The position numbers were made by a program, and so were the translations under genes. Below are positions 8,792-18,834 of a stretch of 64,000 bases of DNA, piece by piece. Location of the stretch: positions 1,364,001-1,428,000 of the forward strand of contig OZ037846.1 of the NCBI GenBank assembly GCA_964035575.1, read 5' to 3'. The notes under the pieces are model-generated. The model had not been told where the DNA came from. It searched no databases and saw only the letters and a list, made by a program, of their open reading frames with translations. The DNA comes from Rhynchopus sp. YZ270_cl-10 (lineage: Eukaryota). The stretch's first letter is position 1. The number at the start of each line of letters is the position of its first letter.

Positions 8792-10900
8792 ATGTGGGGT
8801 TGCCCAAGACTGCAGGCGGCCTTTACTTTAGATGGGACAGCAACGGTGAAGGAGGCGAAACGGAGGAGGCTGTACTTTTGGGTGATGCTGATGGCAGCAC
8901 TTGCCTCCCTGCTCGACGTCGTCATGAACTACGAGGTGCGCCAGGCCCGCATCCTGCACAGCGTCTCCTATGCCATCTACTTCCCCTCCACGCTCTGTGG
9001 CGTTGTCATCGTCCTGTCGAAGTGCCGCCTTTCCACCCCACTCATCGTCTTCACTCTCTACGGCGTGGTTCTCAGCATCTTCCTTGAGGACCTCTCAGCA
9101 CGCACCCTGAACTACTCTTTTTGGCCAACTCTCGTTTTGGTGGTCGACTTCATGATTCTGTTGCAGGTTGATACTTTCTTCTGCACGGCGTTGGTGATAT
9201 TTACGGTGTTCTGGCTTTTGTTGATGGGTGTGGAAGGTACGTATCGATTAGGGCTGTTCGACCTTCCTGGTCTTCCGCAGCAAGGAGGTGAGCATGGGAG
9301 GCGGGAGTATTACAGAAAGCTGACGGAGTGTGAGAAGCTGCCCTGTGCTGTGGAGCAGATTGCGTCGATAGTCGCTGCGATCAGCGTCTTCGTGACCGAT
9401 TTTGTTGCAACAAGGAAGTTTGCCAGCGGTCTCCTGAAGGAGCAGGAGTCAATGGAGCGGACGATCAACGTTGTGCAGGAGATTGCGTCGTTGCTGGCTG
9501 GCTACGACGTGGAGCAGGTGGCGGAGCTGTTGAAGACGCATGAGGGTGATCTGCCTGAGGGGATGACAGTTGCGTTAAGGGGATTGGAGGAGAACCTGCG
9601 GAAGTACCGTCCCTACCTCCCTGCTGCGCTGTTTGAGGCTGAGGTGGATGAGGACGGTGTGCAGCAGCCGACTGTGGCACCGCCTGGGCTTGACACCGAG
9701 ACAGCAACAATTGTGTTCACAGACATCCGTGCGTCGACGTCGATCTGGGAGATTGCACCTGAGGGGATGCGTGCTGGACTGCAGATCCACAACGCTGTGA
9801 TGCGTGATGTGATGCGGATGTGTGGTGGGTACGAGGTGAAGACCATTGGCGACGCATTCATGATTGCCTTTGCATCCACTTGCGATGGTGTGGCGTTTGG
9901 ATTGCGTGTGCAGGAACGTCTGTTTGAAGCAGACTGGCCTGCGTCTCTGCTTGAGGATGCACCAATCTGCTCTCGGCAGGGGTTGCTGTGGGGTGGTCTG
10001 ACTGTGCGCATTGGTGTGAACACTGGCCCTGTGACTGTGGAGCAGAACACACTGACGGGACGGACAGACTATCTTGGACACACAGTGAACGTTGCTGCAC
10101 GTATGGAGAGCACATGCACACCTGGTGCTGTGGCTTTGCCTTTTGACCTGTGGAGTTCTGAGTGCTGGTCGTGTAGTGCTGTTGTTAGCGCGCCCGAAGA
10201 AGTTCACTTGAAGGGTGTGGCAGACAGCATTTCAGTGTGCTGTGTGTGGCCTGTCTCGCTTGGGGGACGAAGGCGTACACTACTTTGCGAGACGCTGTCG
10301 GAAGCCTCGACACCACTGCTGTCCAGCTCGAACAGCGGAGAGACGTCGCTCGCGTCAGCAGGTTCGGTAGCATCGCGCTTTGCACACTTTCCCCCGTCTT
10401 TCGGCACTGTGGGAGTTGCACAGCTTGCAGTGGGCGACGTGACACACAACACAGCTTTCCCACACATGAGCTCCATACTCACAACACTGACGATCACACT
10501 GGAGCAGAGTGGAGGGAGTCTGGTGACACTGCTTGGGAACTGTGTGTGTGTTGGGTGGAACGTGTCGCGATCTGCACCTGCACACATGGAGAACGCGATA
10601 CGGTTTGTGCAGCGCATGTCTGTGAAGTCTGCACTGAACGGTGCTGGTCTTGCAAGCGGCCCTGTGCAGCACGGGGATGTTGGTGCACGGAGACAGCGCT
10701 TCGTGACTGTGATGGGGGATGTTGTGCGTCGGAGTTGGGCGCTGTGCGAGGAGGCTGTGCGTGACGGGGTTGTGTGTCTGTACGAGCCTCCTGAAGGGAC
10801 AACACTGCCGTCTGTACTTGAAGACTTTCTTGTCCGGCACAAGGGGTCTAACTACAGAGTCGTTGAGTCAGACAACCTAGAACGAGACAACGTGTTTTAG
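8792..10900 (+). CDS. Multi-TM class III adenylate cyclase with a second, degenerate cyclase-like domain
   Basis: Motifs VFTDIRAST, YEVKTIGDAFM, VRIGVNTG and DYLGHTVNVAARME. Several N-terminal hydrophobic helices. Confidence 0.92.
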   Translation: MWGCPRLQAAFTLDGTATVKEAKRRRLYFWVMLMAALASLLDVVMNYEVRQARILHSVSYAIYFPSTLCGVVIVLSKCRLSTPLIVFTLYGVVLSIFLEDLSARTLNYSFWPTLVLVVDFMILLQVDTFFCTALVIFTVFWLLLMGVEGTYRLGLFDLPGLPQQGGEHGRREYYRKLTECEKLPCAVEQIASIVAAISVFVTDFVATRKFASGLLKEQESMERTINVVQEIASLLAGYDVEQVAELLKTHEGDLPEGMTVALRGLEENLRKYRPYLPAALFEAEVDEDGVQQPTVAPPGLDTETATIVFTDIRASTSIWEIAPEGMRAGLQIHNAVMRDVMRMCGGYEVKTIGDAFMIAFASTCDGVAFGLRVQERLFEADWPASLLEDAPICSRQGLLWGGLTVRIGVNTGPVTVEQNTLTGRTDYLGHTVNVAARMESTCTPGAVALPFDLWSSECWSCSAVVSAPEEVHLKGVADSISVCCVWPVSLGGRRRTLLCETLSEASTPLLSSSNSGETSLASAGSVASRFAHFPPSFGTVGVAQLAVGDVTHNTAFPHMSSILTTLTITLEQSGGSLVTLLGNCVCVGWNVSRSAPAHMENAIRFVQRMSVKSALNGAGLASGPVQHGDVGARRQRFVTVMGDVVRRSWALCEEAVRDGVVCLYEPPEGTTLPSVLEDFLVRHKGSNYRVVESDNLERDNVF

Positions 10901-11224
10901 TGATTTTTCCCGCACGGCCACAACAGGTGAGAGATCACCGCCGGGCCACGGGGCACGACAACAACTTCTGTTGCTGACGTTGGATTAGTATTAGTGTTTC
11001 GGGACTTTTTTCTGCACAATAGGATGCCTGCCACCCTTTGCATGAGCACGACCGAGCTGCGTAGTAGCACGGTTCAACTATCACTCTTTTTTAGTGCCTG
11101 AGTCCACCGATGTACGGTGAGGCTTTTGCACTTTCAACTTATTTTTCTTTTGTTTCTTCTATCTTACACACTTTTCTTTGTTCATTTGTGTAGTCAGATT
11201 CTAATTTTTTTTTTTTCTAAACAC

Positions 11225-12246
11225 CAGGGTTTCCGCCAGGATTTGGGGTTTCAGAAATTGGGGTGTACCATGAAAATGACCCCCAAAAAATTTTTTTCTC
11301 CCCGAAAAAGCGGTCGTCGCGCGCGCCTCCCTGGCAGACACAGGTAGAGAGGCGAAGCGTGCGGGGGGGTGCTACAAAAATTTTTTTTGGGAAGGGTTGA
11401 AAGGGCAGAAAGGGAGGCGCGAGATACGCTCACTACCGGTTGAGGTGTCACTTCCACTGGGCTGCAGATATGTGGCGCATCTCTGCAGCACGGCAATTAC
11501 TGTGTAGCGCCATGCAATGAAAAAAGCAATTCCCATCACCCTCCACTCTCACAAGACTCCTTACCTTTCCCCATTGTCTCCTTGATTCCGCTTCCACCTC
11601 CTCCTCCAGCCGAAGTGATGCCCGTACCGCCTCGTCAACCGTGGGAGGGGTCTCCTTGACCAAGACAAGTCGGCTCTGCCGCAGCTTTGGCACAACTTTT
11701 TGGGTTTTAGCACCAGGTTTGATAGCAACCATGTTAAGCTTCACAGCTGGTTCGTTTGGAGGTCGGGGGTGGAAGCTTCACAAGGTAAAGGAGTCTTGTG
11801 AGAGTGATGGTATTTGCTTTTTTCATTGCATGGCGCTACACAGTGATTACAGTGCTGCCGTTGTAACATGTAATAGAAAGTGAATGCATTCGTCGCTTGC
11901 ACCGAAGCCTCCTTTAAAAATGGGGCAATACACAGAAGTGTCAATGATAATATAGCAACATCAAATAGCCAGCAACACAGCGCCGCAGGCGCACGGTACG
12001 CTACTTTTTTTTCTTTTTTCCCTAGATTTTCCCCCCCTTTTCTTCCACTTCTTTTGACACAGCGAGCCAAACGCTCTGCACGGTGGGGTCACATGACCAC
12101 GGGGGGTCATCTACAACCTCTTAAAACCCCATTTTTCTCGGGGTGTACTTTGGTACACCCCGAATCCCTGTAAAAATCCAATTTTTTCCTGGAAAAATAT
12201 TGGGGTGTACCAAAGTACACCCCGGTACACCTTGGCGGAAACTCTG
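11225..12246. mobile_element. hAT-like TIR element with 5-bp TSD, carrying an OTU-like fragment
   Basis: Ends CAGGGTTTCCGCCAGG ... CCTTGGCGGAAACTCTG. AACAC at 11220-11224 and 12247-12251. Subterminal GGGGTGTAC/GTACACCCC repeats. Confidence 0.75.
11448..11744 (-). pseudogene. OTU-like cysteine protease fragment inside the TIR element
   Basis: VRVEGDGNCFFHCMA matches the OTU catalytic motif (GDGNCxF). An inverted partial copy lies at ~11782-11850. Confidence 0.65.
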
Positions 12247-12495
12247 AACACGCAACACTCCGGGGGTGTTACTGTACCCAGTACCCACCTGAGCCAAAAA
12301 AAAATGCAAATAAAGCAAGAATTTCGCGGTTTTGAACATCTAGAATTTAATCCGCATCCAGGAATTTGGCACATAAGTGTAAAAATTCCCGATACCAAAG
12401 TGAAAACAAAGTGATACATAATTGGCTTTTTGAACTTTTTCGAGGGCGGATCACACAGTCGACCCACCCAACCCACCAAACAGAGACATAAAACC

Positions 12496-13704
12496 ATGGA
12501 AATATGTGTGGAGAGCTATGACGGAGAGAAGTACACAGTCGAGGTAGGTGTGGATGATACAATTGCGGACATACGGCAGAAGGTGGCGTCTGCAGCAGAG
12601 TTGTGCGAAGACAGCTTTGACATTATTAGCTTTGGAGGGAAGGTGATCGTGGAAGGAGACACGACGCAGCTGAGTGCTGGGGACACTGTTGTGCTGACGA
12701 AGACGAAGTCGCAGAAGTACGACGCCATGGCAGCCCTTCGTGACTTGGGTGAGAGAGAGCTGACAAAAGAGAGGTTCGAAGGTCTGAGAGATCACAAGCT
12801 GATTCGTTTGTTTCTGCAGGCGGAGGTTGTTACTGAGGTACACCATGACTTCTTGGCACATTGCCCAATCGAAGAACTTCATCTCAGTGGTGTGCCAGGT
12901 GTAACCACAGTACGCGGCAACTTCCTCCGGGACTGCACCTCACTGCGCACTGTTGATTTATCCGGGTGGAGCAATGTGACGCACATTGGAACCTTCTTCC
13001 TATACAATTGCGGTGCGTTGACTGGCCTTGATTTGTCTGGGTGGAACAATGTAGAAAGAATAGACGACATATTTCTCTCCGACTGCAGGGCATTGACCAC
13101 ACTTACCTTGTCTGGGTGGAGGAATGTATCGCAAATTGGGTTCGGCTTTCTCTCGAACTGCAGCGCCTTGAGAACCGTTGACTTGTCTGGGTGGAACAAC
13201 GTAACGCGGATAGGGAAGTCCGTCTTCCACTTCTGCAGCTCATTGACCACACTGGATTTATCTGGGTGGAACAATGTGACGCACATTGCGGGGTTCTTTC
13301 TCTCCAGCTGCGGTGGATTGACGGCTCTAGACCTATCTGGGTGGGACAATGTGACGCACGTTGGAGACGACTTCCTCTCCAGCTGTCGCGCATTGACCGA
13401 GTTGGACCTCTCCGCGTGGAAGGGTGTCACACAGATAGGCAACCGCTTCTTGTTCGGCTGCTATTCACTAAAAAAACTCAATTTATCTGGGTGGAAAAAT
13501 ATAACCCACGTTGAGCGCGACTTCGTCCGCCACTGCAGAGCGTTGAGAACACTGGACTGGTCTGGGTGGGCGAGTGTGACCCATATTGGGAAAGGAGTAC
13601 TGGAAGAGTGCGATTTACGTAATTGCAGCATCGACGTCACCGGATCGAACAGTCTTGTGTCAGAATATGTGCGTAGCATCAAACCCCAATGTGTGTGCAT
13701 GTGA
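12496..13704 (+). CDS. Ubiquitin-like domain + 25-aa LRR protein with C-terminal CaaX box
   Basis: N-terminal UBL-like segment (YTVEVGVDDTIADIRQKVA...LSAGDTVVL), repeats LxxLDLSGWxNVTxIGxxFLxxCxx, and terminal CVCM*. Confidence 0.9.
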   Translation: MEICVESYDGEKYTVEVGVDDTIADIRQKVASAAELCEDSFDIISFGGKVIVEGDTTQLSAGDTVVLTKTKSQKYDAMAALRDLGERELTKERFEGLRDHKLIRLFLQAEVVTEVHHDFLAHCPIEELHLSGVPGVTTVRGNFLRDCTSLRTVDLSGWSNVTHIGTFFLYNCGALTGLDLSGWNNVERIDDIFLSDCRALTTLTLSGWRNVSQIGFGFLSNCSALRTVDLSGWNNVTRIGKSVFHFCSSLTTLDLSGWNNVTHIAGFFLSSCGGLTALDLSGWDNVTHVGDDFLSSCRALTELDLSAWKGVTQIGNRFLFGCYSLKKLNLSGWKNITHVERDFVRHCRALRTLDWSGWASVTHIGKGVLEECDLRNCSIDVTGSNSLVSEYVRSIKPQCVCM

Positions 13705-14242
13705 GGACAGCTTTCGAGAGGTTGGCTGTTCATTACCCTGTTCAAAACACAACAACCTTTTTGAATTGCGTTTTCAGTTATCTTTTGTGTGCCCTGGGCA
13801 CGCTTCTCGCTGCATCGCAGCAGACGGTGTACCGTCTGGAGAGAGGTGGGGTTTTGCCTTTCGGATCCCGGTCAATCGGGTCGGTGGGGATCATGCGGAG
13901 CTCTGGGTGTTGTTCAAGGGGAGGAAGGGGACACAGGAGTGCATTTTGCTGTACCCGCAGCGAGGATTGGCTCACCACTTTGCGCTTGCACCTCGTGCAA
14001 GCGCCGCTCTATTCAAGATTTTAACGTTGCCCCAATTTTTGTCGTTTATCTGGCCCCTCTTTTCGAGATAAAAGTATCCCCCTTCCCTCTTCTCAGTTTT
14101 TATCATTTTGCATTGCTGGTCTTTTAGGTGTTCTCTATTTATCTCAGATCTCAGATCTCCCCCCCCCCCTCACCTCACCCACCACTCCTTTCAGTCCATT
14201 TACACATCTTTACTTTACACCTTTTTTACCGTTTTTTTTACT

Positions 14243-16824
14243 ATGGGCCCGAAGAAGCCTGCTGCAAAGAAAGGCGACGATGAGGCAAAGCGCGCTGAGG
14301 AGGAACGTGTCCGCATGGAGGGCGAGGCGGAGGCTGCTCGCGTCAAGCAGGAGGAGGAACGTGCGAAGGAGGAGGAGGACAAAAAGCGCCGCGAGGAAGA
14401 GGACAAACAGCGCGCCGAGGACGACCGCCGCAGGCGTGAGGAGATGGAGAAGCAACAGGAGCGCGAGGAGCGCGAACGCAAAGACCGGGAGATGGAACTC
14501 AAGCTGCAGCAACTCCAGGTCCTCGAGGAGAAGGACAAGGAGATCCACCAGCTTCAGGAGAAGATTGTCGCCCTCAACCACACCTGCTCTGGCATGCAGG
14601 CCGACCTTGAAGGCCAAACCCGCCGCTGCGCCACACTCCAAGACGAGCTCGAACGCACCCAACAGGTCCTCTCTGAAAAAGAGATCGAAGGGGAGCAGGT
14701 CCTCCGCCAGCGTGCTCATGAGTTAGACGGCGTCGGAAGAGACCTCGAGGCAACGCAGCTGAAGCTGCAGCAGTCTCTCTCTGAGAATGAGGAGCGTGAA
14801 AAGGCGATTGTCGTCATCAAGGACAAATACACACAGGAGCTCGACGCATTGAAGACCGAAATCTACCAGCTCCGCTCGGACAAAGACAAAGACGACACCG
14901 AGAACACAATTCTGATGAAGCTGCTCCACACCGAGCTCGACAAATACAAGCAGCAGGCTGCGTCGCTCCAGGCGGACCTCGAGAGAAAGGAACGCGAGGA
15001 TGTTAAGAACACCATCATGCTTGGTCTCCTCAACAGCCAGCTCGACACTGGCAAGGAAGACTCCAAGCGCCTTACCGACCAGGTTGAGGACTACAAGAAC
15101 CGCAACGACACCCTTGAACGCAAGCTGGAGGAGTCCAAGACGCACATCCAACGCCACGAAGAAAACGCGGCCGAATCTGTCAAACGCGCCCGCGAGAATG
15201 AAGAGGCACTTCAACGCGACGTCGAACTCCACAAAGCAAAGGCCGAACAGCTTGCTGCAACTGTCGCCCGTCTGACGGAGCAGCTCGACACAACCAAGAC
15301 CCAATACCTTAACTTCCAGGCTGAGGCAGAGAAGAAGGACAAAGATTCCTTCGAGAAGAATGTCATCCTCAAGAGCGAGCTTGAAAACTGCAAGACCATG
15401 CACAACCAGCTTGCCCGCGAGAAGGAGTCCATCGAGCGGGTCGCCTACGAGAAGCAGGTACAACAGCTCTCAGAGATCGAGGCCCTGCGTGAGAAGCTTA
15501 CCCTCGAGATGCAGCGTTCCGAGAAGAAAGACAAAGAGGCCTACGAGAAGATCACACTGCAGAAGTCTGATATCGAGACCCTCCGCGCCAAGCTCGAGCA
15601 GGAACAGGAACTGCTCAGGCAAAAGGAGAAGCAGCACTTCGAAACCGTTGCCAACGCGCAGACCGACCTTGAAATCCAAAAGAGCAACGCAATGCAGTCC
15701 AAGGCTGTCGCAGAACGCAAAGACAAAGAGTACTTCGAGCAGATCACCCGGATGACAGCAGAGCAGGAATCCCTCTACAAGCAAGTGGTCCACCTCCAGA
15801 CGCTCAACGAAAAGAAGGACCGCGAGCACGTTGAAACCCAAATTGCGCTCAACGCAGAGAAGGAGAACTACAAGAACAACGCAAGCCTGCTGCAGGAAGA
15901 ACTGAACCGGAGGGAGAAGGAGCACGGCGACAAAGAAGTCCTTCTGCAGACCGAGATCGAGCAGCTCCGTAGGAAGCAGGCAGAGCTGGACGCAGCACAC
16001 GAGAAGACCCTCGCGGAGGAGCGTGCACAGCTTGAGGCCAGCAACGAACAACTTGACAACATCACCAACCGCGTCAAGACCCTCGAAGGCGAGGCTGCCA
16101 AGAAAGAGAAAGACCACTGGGACCGTTCCAACGCCTACAAGGCAGAGATCGAAGCCCTCAAGCGTGAGGTCGAAGGCTACAAGCAGACCATCGAAAAGCT
16201 CGAAGGCAGCATCGCAGAGAACTACAACTTCAAGATTCTTGCCGAGCAGAACGAACAGCTCAAGGCTGACATCACGTCGTACAGGAACCAGATCGGGAAC
16301 CTCAACAACACCATTTCGACGATGAAGATCGAGGCCGACATTCTGGACAATTACAAGTATGTGTCTTGGATACAACGTCAAATTTTTCACCCATTCTTTA
16401 ACACAGAACGAAGATCCTGCAAGAGCAGAACGAGCAGTACCTGAAGCGCATCCAGGACCTCGAGCGCGAGCACAAGATGATCGCACCGCTCATGAGCGAG
16501 CTCATCTCCACCCTGCAGAAGCATGGCCTGACAACGTCGCTGCACGCCGACATCGAAGTCTATAAGAACCAATTCCTCAAGGCCGCTGGTATGTACTCTC
16601 ACATAGACAAAATGTACCCTGGCAGGGGGCGACATTTTTCGAAAACAATCTGGAAAAAATCCTCAGGGGGGGTACAGTATACCTTGGAAAAACCCCTGAA
16701 TATTGACACATAAACACACAACACAGCTGTCCCCGATCTCGACAATAAGTCTCGCACCGCCAGTGCGATGGGGAGACACGAACTTGCCCCGCTTGCCGCC
16801 CAGGAGCCAGCAATGGTGCATTAA
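14243..16824 (+). CDS. Long coiled-coil protein; exons 14243-16356, 16407-16588, 16727-16824
   Basis: MGPKKPAAKK start and E/K/Q/R-rich heptads. Two GTATGT...ACACAG introns whose removal keeps the frame to TAA at 16822-16824. Confidence 0.85.
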
Positions 16825-17326
16825 AAAGCGACCCAAGAAGAAAAAAGTGGCTATTTCCCCTTCCCTTCTCCTTCCCCCTTTTGTTTTTCATATTTTTTTT
16901 TTTATATACCTACAAAGCGTAGCTTAAAAGGAGAAGGGTTCCTCATACGGTCGCCAATCACCACCCCTCCAACAAGGTAGTTGCGCAATCAACGAAAAAA
17001 CCCCTTTTCCCCCTTTTACTTACCTATCAGAGTTACTCTTTTTTGTTTTTGTTTTGTTTTTCCCCCTGATGTGTGATGAGAAGGGGCATCTTTTAAAAAA
17101 ACTTATTTCTTTGACAAAACTAATGTCATTTGGCCCTTTTTTTCATTTGATAAAATCGTTATTAATTATGCGTTTGTGTCATTTGTAAAACCGCCAGATG
17201 TATGGGAAAATTCAAATCACTAACAAAAACTTCAAATAACTCATCACACCCCCATCACCTCCTATTATCATAGGACCACCACACATTTGTTCACCCATTT
17301 TTTAAACACAAAACAGAGAACCGCCC

Positions 17327-17357
<31 letters not shown>

Positions 17358-17685
17358 CCATTCTTTTTTTAACCAAAGGAAAACGCTTCTCATTACGTTC
17401 TATTCTTCTCGAGTTAACAGTGCATGGTACGATCAGCAAACCCAGTTCCCCAGGGTTCTCTCGTGGTTTACCAGCAGGTTTTCCCGTGGACCGCTGTCCG
17501 CACCAATATGAATCTAAATTTTATATCTGTTGTATGCACCTTGTGTATACCGGACACATAAAATATTTCCTGAAGAAGTTTCGCACTATCAACTTTGGTG
17601 TGCAGTGAAGACTGTGTATATGACAGCTTTTTTGACACTCCAATCCAGCAGAACTTTCATTCAAAAACAAAAATAAATAAAAAAA

Positions 17686-17740
17686 TAGTGGAGCACACTC
17701 TAGGGTGGCTACACTAATACAACCAAGTTTTCAAAAAAAA
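17686..17740 (+). repeat. ~55-bp dispersed repeat ending in an A-run; also at 99-130 (minus), 35598-35632, 52143-52200, 58062-58122, 61918-61977
   Basis: Approximate consensus TAGTGGAG..CA.CCTCGGGTGTCTACACTAATACAACCAAGTTTTC(A)n. Confidence 0.8.
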
Positions 17741-18834
17741 ATAGTCGCCAAAAAGGACACAATACTTTCATCTCTTTCTAGGTGATGTGGGTTAGTGAGA
17801 CGGAGGGGGACAAAAAAAAATTAATGGGAGCTGTTGTTACAACTGTCATTTGCTGTCTTGATTTTTTTTTTCTTGGTTTTTTTTTTATTTATTTACCCCC
17901 GCGGAGAACCAGTGCCCCTCCACCTCCGCTACAGTGAGGCGTTTTTGCACTTACCAACCTTCTCGTATTGATTTTCCCCTTCACCCTCTCCATCCCTTGA
18001 CATCTCCTTCCCTTCCCTTCCCTCTTTTTTTCCCCTTAGGACACCACAAAGGAGCACACGGAAGTCCTAAAAAAAAATGAGCTATTTTTTTTTTTAAAGG
18101 TGCCTTCGGTTCATCTTACAATTGTGGCATTCAAAGTAAAAAAGATAGCAAAAGAAAACCCCCCACCTTAAGAAAATTGGAGGTGTTACCTACACAATGG
18201 GGGAGAGTTATATTTAATATACTAATCCCCTGAACAACAGCAAAAAAACAAAACAAAACAAAAAAACAACAAAAAAGCAAAACAACAAAACAAACAAAAT
18301 ACCCTTCCCCCACCCCTTTTGTTTTTGCACCATCCTGCAAAATGGAGTTATCCCCAAACAGGCCCGTTGCTGCTGAACTACTTCTACTTCATATGTTATG
18401 GTGTTATGAAGTAGAGACAGTTATCACCTTGAGCGCACTTCACCCCCTTGATGGGATCGTTGTCTCTCACTCTCTGAAACACGCTTTAGCGGAGCAGCTT
18501 CGCTTCGTGTTGTTTCGGCTTCCACATTCGCCCCCCCCCCTCATCGTAGCGCCTGTTTCGAGATAAAAGTATCCCCCTTCCTTCTCCGTTTTTATCATTT
18601 TTCATTGCTGTTCACTGCGGGTCTTTTAAGGTACGCTCTTATCTATCTCAGATCTCCCTCTTTCCTTCTCCCTCTCTCGATCCCCATTTTTCATCGTTTT
18701 TTCATCTAAGATGATTGGGAGATCCTATCAGATGTATACCTCCACATATTTCCCCCCTATTCCAGGTCCCCCTCCCTCCCCCTCCCTCCCCCTCCCTCTT
18801 ATTATTATTCGTTTTGGTGACAACCTTTTTTTAA

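Noticed and set aside
8830..8853. ATGGGACAGCAACGGTGAAGGAG resembles exon sequence at ~780-804
   Set aside because: Short match with an indel and no flanking homology; likely chance.
14210..16486. Long minus-strand ORFs (169, 246 and 338 aa)
   Set aside because: Antisense shadows of the biased coiled-coil CDS. The same applies to the antisense ORFs over the LRR, ankyrin, cyclase and dynein genes.
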